Shown piece after piece: positions 8,586-18,200 of a stretch of DNA of 64,000 bases (positions are counted from its first letter, which is position 1; the number at the start of each line of letters is the position of its first letter). Under the pieces are notes generated by a model that had not been told where the DNA came from, ran no database searches, and saw only the letters and a list, made by a program, of their open reading frames with translations. A program made the position numbers and the translations under genes. The stretch lies in IMG/VR virus record IMGVR_UViG_3300032326_002378. The stretch is one strand, 5' to 3'. Origin of the DNA: an uncultured virus (IMG/VR IMGVR_UViG_3300032326_002378) (Duplodnaviria; Heunggongvirae; Uroviricota; Caudoviricetes).

Positions 8586-10383
8586 TTGCAAACATCTTCC
8601 AAGCCCTTTCATTTCTGTAAACCTTTTTTCTCATTTGACAGTGAGATTTAAGGTTTTTCTGTTCAGGCATAAAGTCAATTATCACAGCATCAGGTTTACC
8701 ATTAGATATTGATTGTTCTATATCTTTACCAACACATCTTAATACTCTTCCAACTTGCTGATATGTAGTTACTGATGATTGATTTGAACCAGCTAATATT
8801 AACACTGAAATCTTTGGTGCATCAACTCCAACGTTTGCCCATTGAGTAGCTATCAAAACAATTTCATTATTTTCAACAGCATTAAGCATTCTTCGGCGAT
8901 AATTCTTTTCCTCATCAGTTGGGTCATCTACGCCCTTGTCACCACCAGGAACAAATACAGCATCCTCAATTAATCCTTCAAGTAAGAATCCATGTTCTCT
9001 TCTTTCAACTAATATGATTGTAGGTCTTCCAGCTTCTTTAAATGCTTCTGCAAATTGTTTGATTCTGAAGTTTCTCTCCCAGTTATTTACAATGTTGTTT
9101 GAATAGATATCAGCATAAGTATCGCCATCATGATTTTCAGCAACATTACATACAAAAATCTTGGGTGGAACTAAAAAACCAAGTTCAATTAAATCACTAG
9201 CACTAACATCAATTATTTTTCTCCCAAGAGTGCCTTCAATTCTAATTTCTTGATTGTCCATTCTCCAAGGTGTACCAGACAAACCAAGGCGATAATAGGC
9301 TTTTTTAGCATAAGAACCTAATTCTTGAATAACCACTGAAGCTACGTGTGCTTCATCAACTATAAAGGCTTGACAAGATGAAATCAAATTGCGAACTTGA
9401 CTTTTTTGAAACAATACTTCTTGTCTATTATCCCAAGCTGTTTTTGCTTTTTTATATGCTGTTAATTCATTTTTGAGAAGAGCATTTAACTCTCTATTAA
9501 ATTGTTTTTCTAGAGTTAAGGCAGTTGCAGATAAAGATTTTTTAACTTTTAAATCGGTTTCTTTATCACTAAGTTCTACTGCATTTTTCATTCTTTTTTG
9601 GAGTTCAGCCAGTTTAGCAGTTGCGTTATTTTTAGCTATTTTTAAGTTTTTATCAGCTTCATCTAATTCTTTTTGAAGTTGAGCAGTAGTTTTTGGACCA
9701 TCAACATTAGGATCGTCAACAACTTTATTGCCCTTTTCAATATACTTTTTATCGAAAGCATTTAAAGCTGTCTGGTAAGTGACTACATTGATTCCTTCAA
9801 GATTGATATCACAAAGACCACCACCAGCAATGCCTACTTTCACTGGTTTGCCATCAAGTCTAAGATATCTTTCAAACTCTTTTTGTGTTTGCTTAAGAAG
9901 TTCGATAGCAGGTACTATAAATACTACTGGGCTTACTGCAAGATTCTCAAAAATCTTACATGATGTCATTGTTTTACCAGCGCCAGTACAAAGAGAAAGC
10001 ATACCTCTTTGTGTTTTACGTGCTAAAGTTGCAGCATTTTCTTGATAAAATCTTAGTTCTTTACCTTCAAAATCGCAAGTTACTGGATAATTACGATCAG
10101 GTTTTACTCTAACATCAATTACTTCATGATCGATTTTTAAAGAATTAAATAATCTTCTAATTCTTCCAGTTAAACCAGATGGAAAAGATTGAGTTCTTTT
10201 ATTGTAAAGAGAAATCTTACCATCCCACTGGCCTTGCTTAAACTTCTGTGACCATTCAGCTGAAGGAACTTCATAAGACAATTCTGTTCTGATTGCTTCA
10301 TGTAAGTTATTGTTTACAGCATATTCATCGTGTAAGTTACCAACGATTTTGCCAAATGAATTATCAACTTCTATTTTGACCAT
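8578..10383 (-). CDS. SF2 DEAH-box helicase (UvsW/XPB-like) with coiled-coil insertion
   Basis: LRFYQ (Q motif), CTGAGKT, IVP, TYQ, IVDEAH, GLSGTP, GVDAP, QQVGRVLR. Confidence 0.9.
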   Translation of the reverse strand: MVKIEVDNSFGKIVGNLHDEYAVNNNLHEAIRTELSYEVPSAEWSQKFKQGQWDGKISLYNKRTQSFPSGLTGRIRRLFNSLKIDHEVIDVRVKPDRNYPVTCDFEGKELRFYQENAATLARKTQRGMLSLCTGAGKTMTSCKIFENLAVSPVVFIVPAIELLKQTQKEFERYLRLDGKPVKVGIAGGGLCDINLEGINVVTYQTALNAFDKKYIEKGNKVVDDPNVDGPKTTAQLQKELDEADKNLKIAKNNATAKLAELQKRMKNAVELSDKETDLKVKKSLSATALTLEKQFNRELNALLKNELTAYKKAKTAWDNRQEVLFQKSQVRNLISSCQAFIVDEAHVASVVIQELGSYAKKAYYRLGLSGTPWRMDNQEIRIEGTLGRKIIDVSASDLIELGFLVPPKIFVCNVAENHDGDTYADIYSNNIVNNWERNFRIKQFAEAFKEAGRPTIILVERREHGFLLEGLIEDAVFVPGGDKGVDDPTDEEKNYRRRMLNAVENNEIVLIATQWANVGVDAPKISVLILAGSNQSSVTTYQQVGRVLRCVGKDIEQSISNGKPDAVIIDFMPEQKNLKSHCQMRKKVYRNERAWKMFAIK

Positions 10384-10392
10384 AGCGTAAGA

Positions 10393-10402
10393 ATTATATC
10401 AT
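10393..10402 (-). promoter_or_regulatory. Extended -10 (TGnTATAAT) 9 nt before helicase ATG
   Basis: Minus strand TGATATAAT-tcttacgct-ATG, no SD. Confidence 0.5.
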
Positions 10403-10438
10403 AAAAAGAAAGAAACGGGAAAATACTTCCCGTTTCTT
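10403..10438 (-). terminator. Rho-independent terminator
   Basis: 12-bp stem AAGAAACGGGAA/TTCCCGTTTCTT with 5-nt loop, followed by a T-rich tract on the minus strand, just after the 10457..10906 gene. Confidence 0.8.
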
Positions 10439-10456
10439 ATTTGTGGTTAAGTTTAT

Positions 10457-10906
10457 TTACTCAGGATCAGTAAAAGACATGGAATTGAATTTGTTAACTG
10501 CTACTGATATAGCTTTTGGCTTTTTACCTACAAACATATCAAGAGTACTCATAACAAGTGTCTGAATATTTTCAACGTCAGAATCGGTTAATTCAACACC
10601 TTGGTTTACAGCTGCCAATCTAATAAATCTTACAAACTGGTCAACTCTATCTTCATCAGAAAACTCGCCGTCTTTAATTTGTTCAAGTCCTGCAATCCAA
10701 GCATCTACAAGCATAATGCCCTTCTTGCCTAATTTAACTGCTAAAACTGACCTAATTACAATCAATGTCTGTAATGCTACTTTTGTATCATTCGGGGCGG
10801 CTCTTGAAAGCAAAAACAAAGCAACCATAGAAATAATACAAAGCATTCCAATTACTAACAAGCCCTGCCAGTTAGTAAGAATTAAAGCTATTTGAGATAG
10901 TTCCAT
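10457..10906 (-). CDS. Membrane protein, possibly holin-like
   Basis: N-terminal TM segment then helical domain (...QGVELTDSDVENI) reminiscent of LL-H-type holins. Confidence 0.4.
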   Translation of the reverse strand: MELSQIALILTNWQGLLVIGMLCIISMVALFLLSRAAPNDTKVALQTLIVIRSVLAVKLGKKGIMLVDAWIAGLEQIKDGEFSDEDRVDQFVRFIRLAAVNQGVELTDSDVENIQTLVMSTLDMFVGKKPKAISVAVNKFNSMSFTDPE

Positions 10907-10907
10907 T

Positions 10908-11120
10908 TTAGCAATCCTTAGCTACTATATCATCATCGTCGTCAGTACTATTGATGTCAAGATCTACATCAGTTGTAAGAGGAATGACAAGCTCGTCCTT
11001 GATTGGGTCTTGTTTCTTTTCATCTGCCCAAACTACTCCTTCATTAGATGCAACTACTTCATCGCCCTCTGCATCTGTGAACTTCTCAATCTTGCCTGTG
11101 GCTCTCTTAATCATTGCCAT
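10908..11120 (-). CDS. Small acidic hypothetical protein
   Basis: 70 aa, GAGG SD, Asp-rich C-terminus; coupled to the next gene. Confidence 0.7.
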   Translation of the reverse strand: MAMIKRATGKIEKFTDAEGDEVVASNEGVVWADEKKQDPIKDELVIPLTTDVDLDINSTDDDDDIVAKDC

Positions 11121-11131
11121 AATTTTTTACC

Positions 11132-12106
11132 TCAATTATTTAAAGTAGAAACATACTTAGAAAGAATATCTTCCTGCTCTGCAGTCAAACTGTCAGGATA
11201 ATTATACAGAAAAGTGATGATAAACTCTCCACTAGAAGAATCTGGTCGTGGGATACCTTCTTTTTCAAATCTTAACAAACTATCCAATTTAGTAAGCTTT
11301 TCAACTGTAACTTCTTTTTCTACACCGTTAGGAAACTTAATATTTTTCTTTGTGCCGATCAAAGCTTCTATAGGGTTCAAAGAAAGCTTATAGAAAACAT
11401 TACCTTGATTATCAAACTCAAAATCAGGATGTTGGTTCAAATTAAACTCTACTATAGCCTTGCCTGGTGGTTGGGTAGGATTTTCTTGATTACCACCATC
11501 AGGGATCATAATTGCAGAAAATACTTGCCCTATTTTAATATGTAAAGCTCTTTGTATTGTTTCGGTAGTCAAACCATTTCCATGGCATTGACCGCAAATT
11601 ATATCTAACTTCCAGCCCCTGCCCTTACAATCATGGCAAGGTCCTAATATTTGCTCAAAGAAGAAACCACCATGTTGCATAGTGTGTTTGTTTTGTCCTG
11701 AACCCATACAAGTTCTACAAACTTGTTTTGCACCAGAGCCACCTTCGCCATTACAAGATTTACAAAATACTCTTCTTTGATACATAATATTTTTTGTATC
11801 TTCTTTAAAAAGATCTTCTAATGACAAGTTAACTTTGAGAGTGATGGGGGTGTTAAAAGATTGAGTTTTAACTACATTCCAAGAATCAAAGGGGTTGTGA
11901 TGCTGAGGTGGCTGATCATATCTACTTTTTGAATCGGGATCACTTAAAACTGAATAAGCTTCATTTATTTTTTTAAACTTATCCTCAGCATCAGGTTCTT
12001 TATTTACATCAGGGTGAAACTGCTTGGATAGTTTTCTGTAAGCTGATTTGATTTCATCAGAAGTTGCATTTCTTCCAACTCCTAATATTTCATAATGATC
12101 TTGCAT
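11132..12106 (-). CDS. dnaJ: DnaJ (Hsp40) co-chaperone
   Basis: [11 protein letters not shown]-domain with HPD; four CxxCxGxG repeats; C-terminal DnaJ_C. Start placed at ATG 12106 rather than TTG 12130. Confidence 0.92.
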   Translation of the reverse strand: MQDHYEILGVGRNATSDEIKSAYRKLSKQFHPDVNKEPDAEDKFKKINEAYSVLSDPDSKSRYDQPPQHHNPFDSWNVVKTQSFNTPITLKVNLSLEDLFKEDTKNIMYQRRVFCKSCNGEGGSGAKQVCRTCMGSGQNKHTMQHGGFFFEQILGPCHDCKGRGWKLDIICGQCHGNGLTTETIQRALHIKIGQVFSAIMIPDGGNQENPTQPPGKAIVEFNLNQHPDFEFDNQGNVFYKLSLNPIEALIGTKKNIKFPNGVEKEVTVEKLTKLDSLLRFEKEGIPRPDSSSGEFIITFLYNYPDSLTAEQEDILSKYVSTLNN

Positions 12107-12112
12107 ACTTAA

Positions 12113-12120
12113 AGTATACA
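12113..12120 (-). promoter_or_regulatory. -10 element (TGTATACT) 6 nt before dnaJ ATG, candidate leaderless promoter
   Basis: Minus strand TGTATACT-ttaagt-ATG, no SD. Confidence 0.45.
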
Positions 12121-12122
12121 GG

Positions 12123-12947
12123 TTATTCAATATTGTAAGGATTGTTTTTGACTTCTATTCCCTTGCTGCGTAGATAATTTATAAATTCCTTAGGACTATA
12201 TGTGTCGTTTTTAGAAATGTTTTCTTTTAAGTCTAAAGGTTGTAAGTTGTCAAGATCATTTATAATTTTAATGTCTTCTATATGATCAAAGCCATGTTCA
12301 ACAAATGCTTTTATAGGAAAAATATGATCAATTGACATTTGATTATTTTTTAATGATGAAAGATAATTAGGATGACTTTCTATTTTTTCTTTTAATTGAA
12401 GTGGGGTAAAATTTAGAAGATTATAAGTCTTATCACATTTAGAATTTTTTGTAGCAATTAAGCATTTTCTCAAAATATCTTTGCATTTTCTTCTGTATAT
12501 TTGGTACTTTTCAACTTTCTCACGATCTTCTTGCCATAAATGATTTTCAGACCCAATCCGCTTTTGCTTATGTATGCCACAATCTTTACATCTGACACCA
12601 GATTTAAAATGTGAAAATTTTTGAACAGACTCTTTCCCGCAAATACAAATATAATTCATAGGTGTTGTCGAATTGATATATTCTGTTTCAAGTAATTTAC
12701 AACCATTTTGTAAATAATAGTCATAGACATAGTCAAAATCAAATTGTCTATCTTTTCTTAATTTATTTATCTTGCAATTTCTGCATCTTGATCCGTTTTT
12801 GAATGACATCCATGCAATTGAGCTTTCATTTCCACAAGAGCAAATATATTTCATAGGTGCTGAGTTTTTGACATATATGTCAATAAGCTTACAATTATTT
12901 TTTAAAAACTCATTTGAAACATACTCTTGTGTTAATTTATCTCTCAT
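12123..12947 (-). CDS. Free-standing HNH homing endonuclease with two Zn-ribbon repeats
   Basis: Two repeats CKL..Y.NS..PM.YIC.CG...FK.G.RC..C; C-terminal SIDHIFP...NLQPL...ENISK. Confidence 0.8.
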   Translation of the reverse strand: MRDKLTQEYVSNEFLKNNCKLIDIYVKNSAPMKYICSCGNESSIAWMSFKNGSRCRNCKINKLRKDRQFDFDYVYDYYLQNGCKLLETEYINSTTPMNYICICGKESVQKFSHFKSGVRCKDCGIHKQKRIGSENHLWQEDREKVEKYQIYRRKCKDILRKCLIATKNSKCDKTYNLLNFTPLQLKEKIESHPNYLSSLKNNQMSIDHIFPIKAFVEHGFDHIEDIKIINDLDNLQPLDLKENISKNDTYSPKEFINYLRSKGIEVKNNPYNIE

Positions 12948-13624
12948 TTTCCAATCTTCTTTAATAAACTTATTATTTTATTAGAAGGACACGCTGCGTT
13001 TTGTCCAACACCTACATCAGCATGTTGTCCTGTTACACCCATCACACATCCAGCAACAGTACCATCAGTAAGAACTAACATTCCTCCTGATGCGCCTTCT
13101 AAAATATCAGCATCAAAGAACAAAATATCTTGCCATGCCAAACTTGGACTTTGCTTTCCTAAAGTTTGATGTACATTAGTAATTCTTCCAACAGTTGCAG
13201 TATCATGAAAACCTTCTGGTGATCCTAAAACTGCAATAATATCTCCCACTTCAACAGTGTCAGAATTAGCTAGTTGTACTGCTGGTATATTTTTAGCAAT
13301 AGGGGTAGATAATATAATTCCAGCATCATAATTTGGATCAGATATTTGCATTTCTGCTGGATATAAAGATTCGCCATCAAATGAAACTTTAATTTCATGT
13401 GGTTTTTTAAGCAACACTGGAGGCACTACATGCGAGGCAGTAACAATATATCCTTCGCCAACATGAAATCCACTTCCAGTCCAGCTTTGGTCACCTGCAT
13501 CAACATAGATAGTGCATGAAGATTGAATTGCTGTTTGAATAATCTTTTTGACAGGATCTTCTATTTTTTGTCCTAGCTTCATTCTCCAAGCAAGAGAATC
13601 AGCGTTGAATGAAAACAAACTCAT
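12944..13624 (-). CDS. Trypsin-like serine protease (S1, HtrA-type catalytic domain, no PDZ)
   Basis: GSGF, TASHVV (His), YDAGI (Asp), GASGG (Ser). Confidence 0.88.
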   Translation of the reverse strand: MSLFSFNADSLAWRMKLGQKIEDPVKKIIQTAIQSSCTIYVDAGDQSWTGSGFHVGEGYIVTASHVVPPVLLKKPHEIKVSFDGESLYPAEMQISDPNYDAGIILSTPIAKNIPAVQLANSDTVEVGDIIAVLGSPEGFHDTATVGRITNVHQTLGKQSPSLAWQDILFFDADILEGASGGMLVLTDGTVAGCVMGVTGQHADVGVGQNAACPSNKIISLLKKIGK

Positions 13625-14082
13625 TTACTTATAACCTTGTACATTATATCTGATTTTTTGACCGCTCCAAATCTTCTTGAATCATCTGAGTGTTCAGTAT
13701 TGTCTCCAAGTAAATACACATAACCTTTTGGTACTATATGTTTCATCACTAAAAAATTATGATTACCTTCATAATATTTTTCAGCCATAACACCAATATG
13801 TTGATCAAATACTTCAACTTTGTCTGAATGAGAATACATTAAATAATAATAAACATCATTTTCAACAAACTTAATTCTTTTTATAATAGTTTCTCTAAAA
13901 TCATTCTTTGTAACGACAACATCATTTACAGAAAAATCATTAGTTTTAACAGCCAAAAGTAATTCATTGTTTTTAAGAAAAGGGTGCATTGAAACACCCT
14001 TAACTACAATAATTTTAAAAGGCATAGCCCATAAAGCCAAAACTACTAATAAGCAAACAATTAATTTGATATATTTTCTCAT
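13621..14082 (-). CDS. lepB: Signal peptidase I (S26)
   Basis: N-terminal TM, GVSMHP (Ser), IIKRI (Lys), LGDN...SDDSRRFG. Confidence 0.9.
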   Translation of the reverse strand: MRKYIKLIVCLLVVLALWAMPFKIIVVKGVSMHPFLKNNELLLAVKTNDFSVNDVVVTKNDFRETIIKRIKFVENDVYYYLMYSHSDKVEVFDQHIGVMAEKYYEGNHNFLVMKHIVPKGYVYLLGDNTEHSDDSRRFGAVKKSDIMYKVISK

Positions 14083-14145
14083 TGCACTTCTCCTATTTTC
14101 AGAAGAAGAGCTTAAAGATTTTTGTTTTTTGCCTTTTGGCTCTTT

Positions 14146-15165
14146 TTAAATTAATTTTTCTGGTAATGGTTGAGGATCCTCAACTATTTGGGTAACGACA
14201 GATGTCTTGTAATGATCTGGATTTATGTTTGCAAAATTAGGAACACCATAGCCCCAATTTTTAATATCTCCAGCTGTGATAAAAGGACTATCTTCAGCAA
14301 CTGTTTTAAGAGCTTGCATCATCTCAATATAATTTTTGATTAATGGAACCCCTGCAGTCTTTCTTGAATATGACAAAAGAAGTGCGCAAATACCAGCTAA
14401 AAACGGTGATGCTTGGCTTGTTCCTGACATTTTTGCATAACCATTATTAAAGTGTGTAGAATAGATATCTACACCAGGTACTGCTCCATCAACTTCTTGC
14501 CCTCTAGAAGAAAAATGAGCCAAGTTGCCATTTTTATCCAAAGCAGCTACAGCTATGACTTCGTTGTAACGTGCTGGAAAATTCACATTTCCAGAATCGT
14601 TTCCAGCTGCTGCAACAATGATGATTCCTTTTGATGCGGCTTCTTTGATCAAATTATGAATCTCTTTAGGTGGTTCAGATGGTGCGCCCAAAGACATATT
14701 AATTATGTCGCAATTAGCATCAATTGCATATCTCAAACCTTTTGCAATTGACTCATATGATCCAGAACCATCACTATTTAAGACTTTAATTGGTAAAATA
14801 TGACATCCAGGAGCTACGCCAACAATTCCTTTACCATTTTCTCTTGCTGCTATAATGCCGGTAACGTGAATACCGTGACCGCTTCCATTATCTAAGCCAG
14901 TGCCCTCATTAGTAGCATCAAGCATGGTTCCCCAAACTTTTTCTAAATCTTCATGAGGAACAATGCCAGTGTCTAAAACACCAATTAAAATGCCCTCTCC
15001 TTTAGAATATTGCCAGAACTTATCAATATTGCAGGTCATCAATCCCCAATCTTTCTTCTCTCCATCAGTAAGAGCAGACATTACATGGGTGACTTGCAAA
15101 TCTTCTTTTGGAATAAAATCTAATTGATCTTCAAGGGAAACTTTTTCTCTTTCCATTCCTTCCAT
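14146..15165 (-). CDS. Subtilisin-like S8 serine protease, no signal peptide
   Basis: VLDTGI, HGIHVTGIIAA, AAAGN, SGTSQASP; AAGGAG SD. Confidence 0.93.
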   Translation of the reverse strand: MEGMEREKVSLEDQLDFIPKEDLQVTHVMSALTDGEKKDWGLMTCNIDKFWQYSKGEGILIGVLDTGIVPHEDLEKVWGTMLDATNEGTGLDNGSGHGIHVTGIIAARENGKGIVGVAPGCHILPIKVLNSDGSGSYESIAKGLRYAIDANCDIINMSLGAPSEPPKEIHNLIKEAASKGIIIVAAAGNDSGNVNFPARYNEVIAVAALDKNGNLAHFSSRGQEVDGAVPGVDIYSTHFNNGYAKMSGTSQASPFLAGICALLLSYSRKTAGVPLIKNYIEMMQALKTVAEDSPFITAGDIKNWGYGVPNFANINPDHYKTSVVTQIVEDPQPLPEKLI

Positions 15166-15196
15166 TTTCTTAATCTCCTTAGAATACTATTAGTAA

Positions 15197-15225
15197 TATT
15201 CTGAATGCAATGAGATTAAATCCTA
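15197..15225 (-). promoter_or_regulatory. TAGG-N19-AGAATA candidate phage promoter for the protease genes
   Basis: TAGG (overlaps upstream TAG stop) atttaatctcattgcattc AGAATA. Confidence 0.55.
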
Positions 15226-18200
15226 TACAATTTGAACTTGATAACTGAAAACTTTAAGTCCAGTATTAGCTCCATTTGAAGGAAGAAGAGAAACAGAGAT
15301 TTGACTTCCAGCTTTAAACAAACTTGCATCAAGGGTTGTGCTAGGTTCAGAAATAGATATTTGTTTATCTTTATCGAACCAGGCCAATGCAGTTTGATTA
15401 TTTACAGTAGTTGGAGAACCAGAACTTCCATCATAGTAATCATAAGTTAAAACAATATTTGGTCCAACAGGCATAGAATATATGAGAGTTGAGCTATCCA
15501 AGGTTATTGGTTTGGTTGGGTCACTAGAAGTTAAAACTACATTTGCTGCATATGGTATGAAATTACCAGCCAATATTACCGATGTGCTTGTAACAGCAAT
15601 TCCAGTTTTAAACCCATCAGAAGGAGAGACTTCAGCATATATAACATCTCCAGCTAGGAAATAATTATTTGCTTCATCTAAATCTTCCAACCTTTGAACT
15701 GTTCTATTTCTGTAATTTGGCAATGAGTTTGTAGAAAACACCTCAACTGTAGATCCGCTTCCAGATATTACTCTATATCTAAACCATTTTGTTTGGGTAT
15801 TTCTCTCTCTATTTCCATCTGGTGAATTGTATTCATAATCAAGAATCATTCTTTCAGAAACTGAAATAGAAGAACCAATTGAAGACATAGAAGTAATTTT
15901 TGGCTTACCAGTCAAATTAGGAAGTGTAGAGTTTAAATAAGATGAAAATACATCTCTATTTTTAACTACTGAATACTGCAAGGCAAAGTCATATGTATTT
16001 GCAACATCATCATCGTAATCTTGAACTAATAAGCCAATTCTAAACTTATTGGATGGGAGAATGAAGAAAGTTACAATGTCTGTTCGCTCTAATTCCTGAA
16101 CAAATGTAACAGCACCATCCTCCCTATTTACGAAGTAATTGCCTCTATTAATTACTCCATTTTTCAATACAACTAATTGACTGTCAGCTGGCCATCTTCC
16201 ATTTACAGAAAAATATGTTCTATTATCTACAGTAGTTGTTGGTTCACCCTCATAAAAGTTTTGAAGTTCAGGATAGACAATCTCTACACTTGGCAATTCA
16301 AATAACGGAATCTCAAAAGTTATTGTTCCTAATTTATAATCAGTCTTGTATGTAATTGAACTTATTACATCCCCACTGGCTAACTTCAACGTAATGACTG
16401 CATCAGATCTCCAATTTCTAAACTTAGTTCCATTTAAAAATGTTTGAAAAACTTGAGGAGTAACTGGTGCACCCTGCTCATCCAATCCTGTAGTGTCTTG
16501 TAGTAACAATCCATTTTCAGAATTGTATACTACTTCATCTAAATACTGGAACGTTTTTTGACGATTTGAAAGGCAGCCATTTCTGTCAGTAAAGATTAAT
16601 TCATAATCTGCCCAATCAGTGCTATCACCTCTACAAATACCCCATTGAAGTTTACTTGTATCTGGAACAGTTGAATTAGAAGTCAAATTATATTCAAATA
16701 TACTCCCCTTTACATCATAAACATCAGTAAAATAATATCTTTCTGATGGGGAGGTTTCTATGTGATAAAGAGATGATACTAATGGCCTAATAGTAGATCC
16801 AGCAGAATACCCCTCAGTCATATTTATTTTATATTCTAAGTTTGTTATTTGCTTTCTAAAAGTATATCCAACGCCACTGTTCAATGTAATCCAAGAAGAG
16901 TAATCTTTTCTGTTATTTGACCATCTAAATTGAACGCTACAAGTTGATCCAGAAGCAGCCGAATAAGAAGAGTGTAATTCTTTAATATAAACAGGGTCAT
17001 TATATTCAAAATCTCTTGTCCATGAAGCAGTATATAAATCGTTTGCCTGACCATGTAAGAATGAGCTTAGTGATGATTCTAAATCACCATTATCTTCTCC
17101 GTTCAAAATATCAAAATAATTGCCGTTTGTGTCTACAGAAAGTGTTTGCAATTCCCTTTGGTCATTTGCTCTTCCAAATCCAAAGGTGTTGATATTGACT
17201 CCCGTTTCAAGCCAAGATGTTTGTGCTGAAGTAACAATATCAGAAGCTAAATCAGTTGAGATATTATCACCATCAGCAAATACCATTGATAAAGGCTTAT
17301 AGGTTTCTGACCATTTCCTTATCAACTCCGTCCTGGCAGTATCGGAGTTTTTGATATCAGATGAAGTACCATCCCAATCTTGCCTTAAATAAACTTCAAG
17401 ACTATCTCCAGAAGTTAATTCATAACCAGAAGCAAATGTAACGGATCCATTTGTAGAAGAAACAGTGTAATTTGAAGTTCTAGTAACCCCATTGACCATC
17501 ACTTCAACATCAGGGTAAGTACTAGATGCCCACTTGTAAGTTCCGCCAGTGCTAGATTTTGAAAGGTAGACTGTAGCATCTGTTTCATCAGATCCAGACC
17601 AGATTTGCAGAGTTACTTGTTTATCACTAGATGTTTGATACCAATCTCGTAAGCTATTCAATCCCAAAGCACCAATTTGGGATAAATATCCTACAATAAG
17701 GTTAACTCTTGAAACATTATTAGTTTCATCATTAGCTTTCAAAATTGATTCAGAAATAGATTGAGGAGACAACCCAACAATTGATAAAGCAACCGCCTCT
17801 AACAATTCTGATTTAGTGCCTTTCTGCTTCAAACTTAAAAGATTTGTATTAAGTTCTGTTTGAGAATTGTCATAACCAGCTGTCTTTTGAGTTACAGATG
17901 ATCCGAATTGCCAGAAATCAAAATATGTAGTAAATAAAAACGTACTTAATCCAGCAACATACTTTTTATTTCTGGTGATAAACGTATCAAAAAAGTCTTT
18001 TACTGTGTAAACATATTGTGTGCTTCCAATACTTGACTTGATTGAAGTTGAATCATCAAATACCAAACTTGTTGCAAACTTCAAGTCTGTGGTTAGATGT
18101 CCAATATCTTTTATTAAAACACCAGAGCCTGTTCCATTTGCCCAATCATAAGATGTTGATCCAGAACCAGAATAATATGCTCCAACTGGAATTGGGGTAT

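Noticed and set aside
9380..9760. Intein in the helicase (and likewise in the RNA ligase insert)
   Set aside because: No C/S...HN-[CST] splice junctions or LAGLIDADG motifs.
12107..12130. TTG start for dnaJ at 12130 (similarly TTG at 58126 and 4457)
   Set aside because: Downstream ATGs fit the domain start or TGATG coupling better.
14083..14145. AAGAGC...GCTCTT inverted repeat between the S8 and S26 genes
   Set aside because: Only a 6-bp stem with a ~27-nt loop; too weak to call a terminator or RNA.
4454..15165. Cellular chromosome or eukaryotic giant virus origin suggested by dnaK/dnaJ/rnhB/lepB
   Set aside because: These genes are divergent, lack normal operon partners (grpE, hrcA) and are embedded among tail-type genes with bacterial SD sites and translational coupling.
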